Counted from the stretch's first letter, positions 9,097 to 18,915 are shown. The stretch is DNA of 64,000 nucleotides from Candidatus Micrarchaeota archaeon (GCA_964632135.1 CAZWEI010000001.1:29883-93882); one strand, 5' to 3'. Translations and numbers: made by a program. The notes: a model not told the origin generated them from the letters alone.

Positions 9097-9834
9097 ATGG
9101 ATTACGAGAAAATCGCGAATAAAATTTCCACGAGGCTGCGCGAGTACGCGAGAGGCGCGAAGCGGGAAGTTGGAGTTATTGGACTTAGCGGCGGCGTGGA
9201 TTCGGCATTAACCACAGCGCTTGCCGCGCGCGCGCTCGGGGCGAAAAACGTAATCGGAGTCATCATGCCGACGAAAATAACAAAAAAAAATGACATCGAG
9301 GATGCGCGTGCGCTCGGGCGTTCGCTTGGGATAAAAGTTGTCGAGATTGATATTGATGATATTGTCGCTCTGATGGAAAAAAAGTTATGTGCGATTCGTG
9401 TTTGCAAAATGAATGAGGTTGATGTTGGTAATCTGGCTGCGCGCGTTAGGATGGCGATTCTCTACAACATCGCTGCGCGCGAGAACGGCCTTGTTATAGG
9501 CACTGGCGACAAATCCGAAATCTCGATTGGGTATTTCACGAAATACGGGGACGGCGGCGTTGACATCCTTCCAATCGGCGGCCTTTACAAAACAGAAGTA
9601 AGGGAGATGGCGCGCGCACTAGGGATTCCCGAGAGAATAGCAAACAAACCGGCATCTCCTGGATTGTGGAGGAAGCAAACCGCGGAGAGGGAATTGGGCG
9701 CGTGCTACGAGGTTATAGATGAGGTTTTAAGGACGCGCGGCGGAAGGCACTGGGACAAGGGAAAGAAAATTCTTAGGCGCGTTCTGGAAACAGAGCACAA
9801 GAGAAGGATGCCTGAGATAATAAAAGTCGTATAA
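9097..9834 (+). CDS. nadE: NH3-dependent NAD+ synthetase
   Basis: PP-loop GLSGGVDS, then TGDKSE and YFTKYGDGG, as in NadE. Confidence 0.85.
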   Translation: MDYEKIANKISTRLREYARGAKREVGVIGLSGGVDSALTTALAARALGAKNVIGVIMPTKITKKNDIEDARALGRSLGIKVVEIDIDDIVALMEKKLCAIRVCKMNEVDVGNLAARVRMAILYNIAARENGLVIGTGDKSEISIGYFTKYGDGGVDILPIGGLYKTEVREMARALGIPERIANKPASPGLWRKQTAERELGACYEVIDEVLRTRGGRHWDKGKKILRRVLETEHKRRMPEIIKVV

Positions 9835-9835
9835 A

Positions 9836-10702
9836 TCAGAGGTCGCCTGGTTTCAAAAGACCGGCCCCGAGCATTTCCTTGTGGAACTTACCGAAGCCAG
9901 GGTCTATCCCACTAGCCTTATTTAGGAATTCGAGCGCGTTTTTTCTTACGCCCCCACGAATGCTTTTGAACAGGTTAGCCGAAGCGTTTCGGCCGAATTT
10001 TTCATCTATCGCCGTTTGTATTATCCCCAAATCCTTACGCCTGTACGCACACTCAAGCACTGGCTGCGACGAGTTGTTTTCCATCCAAAGAGCAGCTGCC
10101 ACAGACTCGGGGTAGGACAACGCGGATATTCCAACTGTGCGGAGAATCTTTGAGGAGAACAAATCGGTTATCCCCTCGTTCAACCATCCCGGGTTTATGT
10201 ACCCGGTGGAATGTATCAGGTCGTGCGTCACGGAGTAATGCATGCTGGTCTCGCTGGCAAGTTGCGTTACGGGGAGAAGCACAGCGCCAAGCAGGCCGTT
10301 GTTGGCGCCGCTGTAACCGCGCGGAACCCTCAAAGCAAATGTTTTTTCTGAAAGCACGAGTATCGGCGTGCGCAGCATCGACATCCTCTGATGCAAGTAA
10401 TTATGCAAAACTTTGGTTGCTTCCTGAATCGCAAAGCTCGCTGCGCGTTCTATCAAATCTATTTTTTCATCTTCTACGGCAAGTTTTCGTTCTATAAATA
10501 TCGCGGGCTCGTTTAGAATTTTGAAAAGACGGCGCAGAACGAATCCTTCAAGAATAATGTTTGGGTTTTTGGGTAATTCGATATCGTGCACGGCATACAC
10601 GACGTACTCGTCGATTTTTGACTGAAGGGGGTGGTTGCTGGAGAACGGAGGGCATGGTCCGCGCTGCAATCCGGCGGATGACGTCCTGCGCTTTAGCTCC
10701 AT
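9836..10702 (-). CDS. hypothetical protein
   Basis: 288-aa ORF tightly spaced with the downstream minus-strand genes. No recognisable motifs. Confidence 0.35.
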   Translation of the reverse strand: MELKRRTSSAGLQRGPCPPFSSNHPLQSKIDEYVVYAVHDIELPKNPNIILEGFVLRRLFKILNEPAIFIERKLAVEDEKIDLIERAASFAIQEATKVLHNYLHQRMSMLRTPILVLSEKTFALRVPRGYSGANNGLLGAVLLPVTQLASETSMHYSVTHDLIHSTGYINPGWLNEGITDLFSSKILRTVGISALSYPESVAAALWMENNSSQPVLECAYRRKDLGIIQTAIDEKFGRNASANLFKSIRGGVRKNALEFLNKASGIDPGFGKFHKEMLGAGLLKPGDL

Positions 10703-10757
10703 GACAAACAGTTTTGCATTTTAAAATTAATAACATTTTCTGCGCGCGGACAAAAAA

Positions 10758-12539
10758 TTAGCCCGCGCCGCCGCCCCCGCCACCGCCGCCTCCTCCGCCT
10801 CCACCACCAAAGCCGCCGCCGTGTCCCGAGGCTCCCATGGAGGTTGAGAAGGAACTGAAAGAAGAGTTGATGGAACTCAAACTGCTAAGAGCCGCAACGC
10901 CGCGCGCGGATGCGAACCACGCGGGGTGGTAATTTTTCTCATTTATTTGGAGTTTCATCGCCTCTATTACTTTGTCGGCGCACCCGAGCGCCGTCGCGTA
11001 GACGAGGTATTTGTCCCATATTATCACTGAAGATGGAGGGTATTGTTTTAGAAGAGTCAGGTCAGAGACGAAACGTTTGAACGCGCTCCACGTCTCGTAA
11101 TGCAGCGCGCCGTCCGGAGTTCTTTTCTGGAGGAATTTTTTTCCATAAACTATAATCACCGCGCATAGCAGTATCGAAACGAACAAACTCAAAATCGTAA
11201 GGACCAGAGCCGTCTCATCCGTGTCTATGATGTCCGCCAAGATGAATACAAACCCGAAGAGCGAGAGTACTAGGAGGGCTATTGACGCGAAGAACGCGTA
11301 ATTCGCAATCCTGGAAGCCTTCTCCTCATGGAATTTGTACTGCCTCGCATCCTTCGCGACCTTTTTCTGCCATGATTCAAACCACTTTGAAAAGGAAGTT
11401 CTGAAACTTGCGTCCTTTTTGAGCTCGCCTATCACCACCGAATCGGATGGAAATACCTCGAGGACTTCCCTCTCGTAATCATTCAATTTTTCATCCGGTG
11501 CCTTTAGTTTTGTTAGTTTCAGGTCCCTGTCCGAGCCGAACACGCCCAGGAATTTTCCCTTCCTTACCTCCTCAAGTTTGAGGTAGCGCCTCTGCGCGAG
11601 GTCTATTGTGGTCGCGATAAATGCGTTCATGTTCGGCTTCTTATTTTCAGCGTCCATGAGCGTGCTGAGAATCGCCGGGGAATAGCCGTAAGGGGGCTCG
11701 TGAAAATACGTCTGGTCAAATTGAACCTTTGGCTCCCTTCCGTAGAAGTGCCACAGAATTCCGATGACGAGGGCGAGAAGAAGCGGGATGAGAGGGGGGA
11801 GAAAGGGCGCGATGCCCGCGAGCGCCTCGTTCCTTTTTCTTGTTTCAAAATTCCTTTTTTCTTCTTCAATTATGTTTGCGAGACCATCGCCAGGCTTGTT
11901 TGCTGTGAATATGCTGTTTATTGCCTTGCTCGGAAAAACGACCCTCCCTTCTACAAACGTTCTCTGCGGGACGTTTAGGACTACGAAATCGACTCTTCCA
12001 TCAGAGATTGTGGTGAATCCGTTTTCAGGCCCGTGGCCCCACGCGAGTACATCCAATTTTTTTATTCCTGCGGGCAGGTAAACTACCGCGCGCACCACGT
12101 CGGCGCGCACTTCCCACTGGTCGCCGTGGAACTTCCAGTAGAAGTCAGCCACGTCGTCATAGCGGACTAGTTGGTTTTTCACAGTGTATTTTAGGGTGAA
12201 CGTTCGGCTCTCGTCTTGCGCGCTGAAGCGCCAGAGTATGCGCTGGCTATTGCCCTCCACGCTGATTTCCGGGGTTAGTTTTTTGCTTCCATCCAAAACC
12301 TGAATATCGGAAAGTGCTATCATTTGGCCTCCTGGACTCAGAAGGGAGACATCCTGGTACGCGAAAGTGAACGGGCCGGAAAATTTGAATGTGAGGTTTT
12401 CAACGACGTCGAAGGAGCCGTCAGAGTTAATCCAGACGCCGACATCGATATTTGAGAGGTAGTAGGACTTGGACAACGAAAGAGAACAGAAGGTAAGTAG
12501 CACAAACAGAACCGTGGATGTTCGCATAACAGACCTCAA
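10758..12539 (-). CDS. DUF2207-family membrane protein with C-terminal poly-Gly tail
   Basis: Signal peptide, a large N-terminal ectodomain, a TM segment, a cytoplasmic region, a second TM region, and a C-terminal GGGFGGGGGGGGGGGGGGAG run. This architecture is typical of DUF2207. Confidence 0.55.
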   Translation of the reverse strand: MRSVMRTSTVLFVLLTFCSLSLSKSYYLSNIDVGVWINSDGSFDVVENLTFKFSGPFTFAYQDVSLLSPGGQMIALSDIQVLDGSKKLTPEISVEGNSQRILWRFSAQDESRTFTLKYTVKNQLVRYDDVADFYWKFHGDQWEVRADVVRAVVYLPAGIKKLDVLAWGHGPENGFTTISDGRVDFVVLNVPQRTFVEGRVVFPSKAINSIFTANKPGDGLANIIEEEKRNFETRKRNEALAGIAPFLPPLIPLLLALVIGILWHFYGREPKVQFDQTYFHEPPYGYSPAILSTLMDAENKKPNMNAFIATTIDLAQRRYLKLEEVRKGKFLGVFGSDRDLKLTKLKAPDEKLNDYEREVLEVFPSDSVVIGELKKDASFRTSFSKWFESWQKKVAKDARQYKFHEEKASRIANYAFFASIALLVLSLFGFVFILADIIDTDETALVLTILSLFVSILLCAVIIVYGKKFLQKRTPDGALHYETWSAFKRFVSDLTLLKQYPPSSVIIWDKYLVYATALGCADKVIEAMKLQINEKNYHPAWFASARGVAALSSLSSINSSFSSFSTSMGASGHGGGFGGGGGGGGGGGGGGAG

Positions 12540-12542
12540 ACA

Positions 12543-13253
12543 TCATATGAGCAGCATGCTCAACTCCTTTACTTCCATCTCTCCCTCTAATGCTTCCTTC
12601 AGCGTCACGTAGCACATCGGGCACGGGGTCACGAGAACGTCTGCGCGCGTGTCTATTGCGTGGCGCGCGCGCTCCTTTGCCACCGCCTTCGTGAGCGCGG
12701 GGAAGTTCGCCCTCATTCCGCCGCCTCCGCCGCAGCAGAAGGACTTGCTTTTCGCGAGCCTCATTTCCTTCACCTCGCAGCCGAGCGCGCGCAATATTTC
12801 TCTGGGCTCGTCGAAAACGCCGTGCTGCCTCAGTTTGCACGGGTCGTGGTATGTTACCTTTAGGTTGAGGGGCTTGAACTTCGCGCCCTTCTTCATCGCA
12901 TTCCAGATGGTTTGAGTGGCGTGCTCCGCGGGAATGTCACACTTTATGAGTTTCGGGTATTCGTAAGCGAACATCCGGTAGCAGGCAGGGCAGTTGCAAA
13001 TTATTCGCGCGACGCCGCGCTCCTTGAAGAGTTTGTAATTCTTCTCCGCGAGTGCGCGGGCATCATCCGCGTATCCTGCCGTGATGACCGGGAGACCGCA
13101 GCAGACCTCGAGGTCCTTGAGTTTTATGAAATCGATTCGCAGTTTTCCGAATATCTTCTCGTAATTATCCATTACGTCGCGGAGCGCGAACTTCGTTAAG
13201 CAACCCGGGTAGTAGAGCGTGTTCCCGCCCATGAACTTATCGAGAAGCCCCAT
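12543..13253 (-). CDS. cysteine-rich CCG-domain protein (HdrB/GlpC/LutA-like Fe-S subunit)
   Basis: Two CCG-type cysteine clusters: CCGLPV...CNCPACY and CCGGGGG...TPCPMCY. Confidence 0.65.
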   Translation of the reverse strand: MGLLDKFMGGNTLYYPGCLTKFALRDVMDNYEKIFGKLRIDFIKLKDLEVCCGLPVITAGYADDARALAEKNYKLFKERGVARIICNCPACYRMFAYEYPKLIKCDIPAEHATQTIWNAMKKGAKFKPLNLKVTYHDPCKLRQHGVFDEPREILRALGCEVKEMRLAKSKSFCCGGGGGMRANFPALTKAVAKERARHAIDTRADVLVTPCPMCYVTLKEALEGEMEVKELSMLLI

Positions 13254-13272
13254 TCGATCACTGCAAACGCAC

Positions 13273-14382
13273 TTACCAGTTAATCACGTTGATTGTCTTC
13301 AGCATTATCATTCCGAGCGCAATCATAACTATTCCCATGAGAAGTTTCATATATTTTCTCCTCCCGAGCCTCCACTCCTCCATCTTCTCCGCGGTGTAGC
13401 CGAAATTGAAAAGGATGAGGATGATGAACAGCGGAAGGACGAAGACCAGGTTGTAGAGGAGAAGGTCGAGTATCGCGGTCTGCGTCGAGCCGAGCGCGAG
13501 CATGCTCAATATCGCGAAATAGACGCCTCCTGTGCACGGGAGTTCGACGAGCGAGACGAGGATGCCGAGCGCAATCGCAGCAGGCATTGAAGCGCGATAA
13601 ACATAACCCTCTATCATCGGCTTGTATTTCGCCGGAATCTCGAGCGAGAACCACTTTCCGTAAAAGAAGAAATCCTTTATGTTCACGAGCCCGGCGAGAA
13701 TTGCGAGAACAGCCATTACCACGTAAACGACCATCACGACCTCGAAACTCTTTATCGTGGTGAGTATGCCCACGCCAGCGAGGAAATAAGTCACATAGAC
13801 TGCTGCGATGTATGCAAGCCCTATGCGCAGCGTGCGCGCCTTCGCGCCGATTGCGGTGATGTACGCGAGGAGGAAAATCATCACCGCGAACGCGCACGGG
13901 TTTATGCTGTCCACGACTGCGGCGAGTATTATCAGATAGAGGGGCGGCTCGATGTCTGCCGGGGTTATTTTTATATCCGCATTTGAGAGCGGGTCCCCGC
14001 AGTCGCGCGAGAGGCACTTGCCAACCTCATCCTCCAAATTCTTCTGTATCGGTCCGTCGCCGAAAAGATATTTGTCGCCTATGAAAACCATCGGCGTGGT
14101 GCAGTTCGCGCGCGGAATCGAGTAGTATTTGCAAAGCGCCTGAAGGTAGATTTGGTTTTTCCCAATGTCAGTTTCGAGACGCGTGACGTTCAGCGAGGGG
14201 TATTTCGGGAGCAGGTAGTGGTTTATGTAGCCGTCGACGTTCAGGCAGTGGGTGCAAGTCTGTGTGTAGAAAAAATAAAGTTGAATTTTGCTCGTGTTTG
14301 AATCTGCGCGAGCGGATGGTGCAAGTGAGATAAGCGAGAGGATGGCGATTAGGGTGAGTGCGGCGTTTTTCATTTTTATCAT
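13273..14382 (-). CDS. secreted thioredoxin-fold domain fused to a CcdA/DsbD-type transmembrane domain (thiol:disulfide electron-transfer protein), paralog 1
   Basis: Signal peptide, then Trx-like CTHC, then multi-TM with SINPCAF and LPCTGG cysteines as in CcdA. The 5' end overlaps paralog 2 by about 4 nt. Confidence 0.6.
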   Translation of the reverse strand: MIKMKNAALTLIAILSLISLAPSARADSNTSKIQLYFFYTQTCTHCLNVDGYINHYLLPKYPSLNVTRLETDIGKNQIYLQALCKYYSIPRANCTTPMVFIGDKYLFGDGPIQKNLEDEVGKCLSRDCGDPLSNADIKITPADIEPPLYLIILAAVVDSINPCAFAVMIFLLAYITAIGAKARTLRIGLAYIAAVYVTYFLAGVGILTTIKSFEVVMVVYVVMAVLAILAGLVNIKDFFFYGKWFSLEIPAKYKPMIEGYVYRASMPAAIALGILVSLVELPCTGGVYFAILSMLALGSTQTAILDLLLYNLVFVLPLFIILILFNFGYTAEKMEEWRLGRRKYMKLLMGIVMIALGMIMLKTINVINW

Positions 14383-15491
14383 ATTTTTATTGCACCCATC
14401 TGCTCTAAAATTATCGCCCCCACGAGTATGAGGGTCACTCCTATGAACAGCCTGAACGCGCCCCTGTTCTCCTCCCTCCATTTGTCTATTTTTTCAGGAG
14501 GAACCCCGAGATAGACGACCGTCGCGAGGATGATGAGCGGGAACACGAGCCCGAGGTTGAACGCCACGAGAAGGGGGAGCGCGCCCATCCTCACCGCCGC
14601 GTCGCTTGAGGCGGCGTTGCCGAGAATGTAGAGGTAGATCCCGCCGACGCAGGGCGCCTTCACGAGCGAGAAGAGCGCTCCCAGGAGGAACGAGGCGAGG
14701 AAATTCGCGCGGTACGTGAGCGACTCGATTATTTTCTTCGCGCCTGCAGGGGTTTCTATGAGTTTGCTGTGCGGGTTGTTGTAATCTTTCAAATACCACG
14801 CGCCGATTAGGATTACAAATGCTGCGATTATGTAATTCAGAAGTTTCACATCAATGTAACTTGATGCGCTGAGAAGCCCATAGCCCACCACGAGGTAGGT
14901 TGCAAAAATCCCGAGCGCGAAAAATATCGTGGTCATTATCAGGCGAGCCTTGCTCTTCGAGACCGCGAGCGAGTATGAGACGAGGAACAGAAGGACCGCG
15001 AAAAGGCAGGGGTTGAAGCCGGCAACAATACCAGTGAGGAAAACGCTCACGGGATTGAGGGTGGTAAGCCCAAGCGCGCGCAATATCGCATCAAGCAGCG
15101 AGGGGCTTTTCTCTATTCCTATGTCAACGCGCGGGCATTCTGTTTTCGTGCAGTTTTCAAGGAGCGCGCGCAACTGCATTTCGGATATCTCGCCCACGAT
15201 GAATGTCCTTCCCCCGAGAATCACTGTGGGAACCGCGCCCTCCTCGGGAGAATAGCCGAATTTCCCGTAGTCGCGCGCCATCGTTTCCCTGTTCGCGGCG
15301 TTCTCCCAGACCTCGAATTTCTGGATGTTCAACTCGTAATCGCTGCTGACTTTTTCCAGAAGTTTTTCGAAGTTCAGGCAGTGCGGGCACGTGCTTCCGT
15401 AATAAACGGTGATATCAATCGGCTTCGCGCTCGCTAGCGGAGGGAGAGCAAGCAAAAGCATCAGGATGAAAATCGATTTCTCGTGTTTCAT
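14379..15491 (-). CDS. secreted thioredoxin-fold domain fused to a CcdA/DsbD-type transmembrane domain, paralog 2
   Basis: Signal peptide, then CPHC, then TM domain with FNPCLF and APCVGG. Same architecture as the neighbouring gene. Confidence 0.6.
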   Translation of the reverse strand: MKHEKSIFILMLLLALPPLASAKPIDITVYYGSTCPHCLNFEKLLEKVSSDYELNIQKFEVWENAANRETMARDYGKFGYSPEEGAVPTVILGGRTFIVGEISEMQLRALLENCTKTECPRVDIGIEKSPSLLDAILRALGLTTLNPVSVFLTGIVAGFNPCLFAVLLFLVSYSLAVSKSKARLIMTTIFFALGIFATYLVVGYGLLSASSYIDVKLLNYIIAAFVILIGAWYLKDYNNPHSKLIETPAGAKKIIESLTYRANFLASFLLGALFSLVKAPCVGGIYLYILGNAASSDAAVRMGALPLLVAFNLGLVFPLIILATVVYLGVPPEKIDKWREENRGAFRLFIGVTLILVGAIILEQMGAIKI

Positions 15492-15492
15492 G

Positions 15493-16335
15493 CTATTTCC
15501 CGTTTATCAGTGCCAGCGCTTTTTCGTGGATTTTCCTGTTCGCGCTCGCGACGAATGAAAGTTTTTCATTTATATCCAATGAGATTTTTAAATGCTTTCC
15601 GTCTCGTTCGGTGATTACCGCGCCTGCCTTCTGGGCGATGTGCATTCCGGGCACATGGACCGCAGGGAGGCTGCCGCGCACGTCAATGAACATTTGCGTA
15701 GCGCCGCTCGCGAGATAGCACAACCCCAAAACGTTCGCGCCTATCCTTCGTATATCTTTCACGCGCGAGAGGAGCGGAAGAAGGTCTGCGTAATTTCCTC
15801 TTTTGTTCTCATCCACCTCGACAATCAGACGCTCGAGCCTTGTTTCGCGCGAAGTTTGGATTTTCTTGTTGTTCTTGTAGGCAAACTTTTCATCCGCGTA
15901 AAACTCGTCTCCGTGGGAAAGGTCGCGCACATACGAAAAATAGATGTCATCGTAATCGCGCGAGCGCGAGAAGGAGAGCGCGATGCAGTAAAATGGAACG
16001 CCCAGCCCGAAGTTGTCAGAGCCGTCGAGCGGGTCGCAAACCACGATTCCCTCGCCCTTCTCCAATTCGCGCTCCGCGCGAATGGACCATTTGTCCTTCT
16101 GGACAAATTGGTCGCTCAATTCAACCTCGCCCTTTTCCTCTGTAACCAACACTCGCCCTATTCCCGCACGCTTTAGTTCTTCAATCGCCATATTTTCAAT
16201 CTCGACGTCCGCGCGTATGCTCCGCTGGCCTATCGCGTTCATCCCGAGCAGCTCGCGCGCATTTTTCTTTCTCGTTATTTCCACTGCGCGCGCCGAGAGC
16301 CGCCTGCAAACCCTCAGCAGCTTTCCCTTTTCCAT
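15493..16335 (-). CDS. suhB: inositol monophosphatase / archaeal fructose-1,6-bisphosphatase family protein
   Basis: LVTEEKGE, DPLDGSDNF, and a C-terminal IDVRG-type segment of the IMPase fold. Confidence 0.75.
   Translation of the reverse strand: MEKGKLLRVCRRLSARAVEITRKKNARELLGMNAIGQRSIRADVEIENMAIEELKRAGIGRVLVTEEKGEVELSDQFVQKDKWSIRAERELEKGEGIVVCDPLDGSDNFGLGVPFYCIALSFSRSRDYDDIYFSYVRDLSHGDEFYADEKFAYKNNKKIQTSRETRLERLIVEVDENKRGNYADLLPLLSRVKDIRRIGANVLGLCYLASGATQMFIDVRGSLPAVHVPGMHIAQKAGAVITERDGKHLKISLDINEKLSFVASANRKIHEKALALINGK
16062..16118. repeat. 57-bp segment of the suhB/IMPase-like gene; the parent copy of the 6245-6301 repeat
   Basis: On the minus strand it encodes SDQFVQKDKWSIRAERELE within the suhB/IMPase-like ORF. 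Confidence 0.8.
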
Positions 16336-16374
16336 GGGTTAAGTATAAAAAACAAATTATAAAAAGTGTTAGAT

Positions 16375-17415
16375 ATGGCTGGCGAGGTTTTCTTCTCAAA
16401 GGACAAGGGGAGGATAGCGGAGCTTGTTGAGCGCGTTCTCGATATTGACAGGGGCGACGTGGTCGCGGTGAAACTGCACATTGGCGAGCTCGGGAATAAG
16501 ACGCACGTTGGGCCAGAGGTCGCAAAAATTGTTGTTGAGAAGATTCGCGAGCACGGGGGCGAACCGTTTCTCACGGACACGCGCACCTGGTACAAGGGAA
16601 GCAGGAACAACGGCCGCTCGCACGTGCAGAACGCGCTCGCGCACGGGTTCGGGAAAGTTGGCGCGCCTTTCAAAGTAGCTGACGAGAGGGGCGGGTTGGA
16701 TTACGAGACGAGCGGCATTCTAAAAACTGTTGAATTGGGCGCGCTTTTTGAGAAAGCCAACTATTTGTTTGCAATCTCCCATGATAAGGGGCACATTCTC
16801 GCAGGGTTCGGGGGCGCGCTCAAGAATTTGGGGATGGGGTGCGCGACGCCAGCGTGCAAGCTCGCGCAGCATAGGACAGTGGGAATTGAGATTGATGAAA
16901 CGAAATGCACTGGATGCGGAAGGTGCGCGGAGGTTTGCGAGTACGCTGTTGTGCGCGAGGGAAAGCGCCGCGATGAAAATGAGAAGTGCTGGAGATGCCC
17001 GTCGTGCGGGGGGGAATGCCCGCAGAAAGCCGTAAGGCTCGTGAATCAAGAAAACCTGCAGCGCGCGCTTGCGTCAGTCTCGCTCGCGGTGAAGAATTTG
17101 TTCAAGGGAAACTGGGGCTTCCTTAGCGCGGGCATAAACATCACGCAGGAGTGCGACTGCGCTGTTGATTCAGGGAAAATAATTCACGAGGACGTGGGTT
17201 ATTTCTCCGCGCGCGACCCTGTTGCAATAGATGCCGCGTTTCTCGAGATGGTCGGAGCTGAAATTTTCGAGCGCGCAATTTTTTCGCAAAGCGAAAAAAT
17301 GCGCATTTTTCCCGAAGGGAAAAATTGCGCGAACAGGGTGAACCCAATCTGGCAGGTGAAGGAGGCCGAAAGTTTGGGGGTTGGGAGCGCGGAATATAAA
17401 CTCGTCTCGTTGTAG
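16375..17415 (+). CDS. DUF362-domain protein with ferredoxin-like 4Fe-4S cluster motifs
   Basis: CTGCGRCAEVCE and CWRCPSCGGECP motifs embedded in the DUF362 pattern. Confidence 0.55.
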   Translation: MAGEVFFSKDKGRIAELVERVLDIDRGDVVAVKLHIGELGNKTHVGPEVAKIVVEKIREHGGEPFLTDTRTWYKGSRNNGRSHVQNALAHGFGKVGAPFKVADERGGLDYETSGILKTVELGALFEKANYLFAISHDKGHILAGFGGALKNLGMGCATPACKLAQHRTVGIEIDETKCTGCGRCAEVCEYAVVREGKRRDENEKCWRCPSCGGECPQKAVRLVNQENLQRALASVSLAVKNLFKGNWGFLSAGINITQECDCAVDSGKIIHEDVGYFSARDPVAIDAAFLEMVGAEIFERAIFSQSEKMRIFPEGKNCANRVNPIWQVKEAESLGVGSAEYKLVSL

Positions 17416-17506
17416 AGGATAGTGTTAAATAATCTTTGCTGCATATAATAATACTTGTTCTATCTTGTATGTTTATCATGTGTTTATTCACGTAGGGGGT
17501 GAATTT

Positions 17507-18076
17507 ATGCCTGGATTTATGATATCCGATGGGACTAAGACACTTTTGCATAAATCTAAAGGAGGGACAGTCCCGTATCGCAGTGATCCGGAGGATTTTA
17601 AAAAAGCGAAACTGCTTATTAAGGGGCTATATCACGGGTCGTTTTCAACATTGGGGGGGGATAGTCGTACTAACATAGAAACAGCCAATAGACTTCTTAG
17701 TAATACAATACAAAGTAAATTTTCTGAACTTGTTGAGACCTGTGATTTAAAGGTGACGAACCACCTTATCCGAGCTTTGACTTTTGAAAGAGAAGACAAA
17801 CCTGAGGAGGTTATGGTCAGTTTGAAAGCCGCGCATGAGGCATACATGATGAAGAATAAGTTGCTCACTCTGGAAGTTGACTATATCGGAAAAATCAGAA
17901 AAGAGGGAACATTGCTAGCGCTCTCGATCGACGTAGCTTTTCTGATCAGAGAGGCAACAGACGCTTTAAAGGACGCTAAAATAGTGCAAAAGGAAATCTC
18001 GAGACTGGAAGCATTTATGAGTGGAAGAGGGGCAAATGTAAAACGCAAATTCACAACATTAAAGCTTGGCATATAG
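17507..18076 (+). CDS. hypothetical protein in an AT-rich (compositionally atypical) segment
   Basis: 190-aa ORF preceded by an AT-rich promoter-like region (gcatataataata). Composition is clearly lower-GC than its surroundings. Confidence 0.35.
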   Translation: MPGFMISDGTKTLLHKSKGGTVPYRSDPEDFKKAKLLIKGLYHGSFSTLGGDSRTNIETANRLLSNTIQSKFSELVETCDLKVTNHLIRALTFEREDKPEEVMVSLKAAHEAYMMKNKLLTLEVDYIGKIRKEGTLLALSIDVAFLIREATDALKDAKIVQKEISRLEAFMSGRGANVKRKFTTLKLGI

Positions 18077-18287
18077 TGAATAGTCGGTGGTTTCGACAAT
18101 AATTTTTGAAGCGCATCACTGGAAACTCACTCCTGCGCGCGCTATTTATTCTTTTAATTACTTTTTCTATCGGTCACACAATCACGCCTAAAGGCGTGAT
18201 GGCGTAGTGAGCCGAGTGAAATGTTTCATTTGCGCCTTTACCCGCGCACGAGCGCGGGCTTCGGGCGTGAATGTGTGAGGTGAGAAT

Positions 18288-18542
18288 ATGCCGAGAAAAA
18301 CTGAGACTGAAATCGAGACTGGATCCGAGGAGGCGCCTGAGCGCGCGGAAGAGGGAGAGAAGCCCAAGGGCGAGAGGCCCGCGTTCCGCGTTGTGCAGGC
18401 TGAGCGCGACGCGAACGGCGAGAGCAGGTACAGGAGCGTGGGCGGGATGTGGAGGCGCGTGAGCAAGAACGGGAAGGAGTTCTACTCGCTCGGAATCGGG
18501 AACCTCAGGCTGCTCGTGTTCCCGAATGAAGGCGCGGAGTAA
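18288..18542 (+). CDS. small acidic hypothetical protein
   Basis: 84-aa ORF preceded by three perfect hairpins. No recognisable family. Confidence 0.25.
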   Translation: MPRKTETEIETGSEEAPERAEEGEKPKGERPAFRVVQAERDANGESRYRSVGGMWRRVSKNGKEFYSLGIGNLRLLVFPNEGAE

Positions 18543-18723
18543 CCTCGGGGTTTTGTTACATACTTTTATAAACAACAATCTCGCCAATAAATCCCACAAA
18601 AAGAGGTGAGAGGAATGCGGGATGAATTGGAAGGAAAGTTGGGGAAGAACGGAAAAGGAAGCAGGCAGTTGGGTGTAGTTTCCGGAAGGCACAGGGACGC
18701 GCAGATGGTTTATAGGACTACTT

Positions 18724-18915
18724 TTGAAATGCGAACCTGGCGGTTTGGGTATTGCTGGTAGGCCGAAGGTCCTGAATTCTGAGCAAGAGTTACTGGCAAT
18801 CGAACTCTATTCTAAAGAAGGGCTGAGCGTACGCTCCATCGCAGACGAGCTGGGAGTCTCGCACATGACGGTCTGGAGGCTCATCAAGTATGTGCGCTCC
18901 GTGCGCAGCGATTAG
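18724..18915 (+). CDS. small resolvase/Hin-type helix-turn-helix protein (TTG start); possibly a remnant of a serine recombinase C-terminus
   Basis: GRPKVLNSEQELLAIELYSKEGLSVRSIADELGVSHMTVWRLIK matches the HTH_7 tail of resolvases/invertases (GRPxxL..EQ......G.S...IA..LGVS..T.YR). Confidence 0.4.
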   Translation: MKCEPGGLGIAGRPKVLNSEQELLAIELYSKEGLSVRSIADELGVSHMTVWRLIKYVRSVRSD

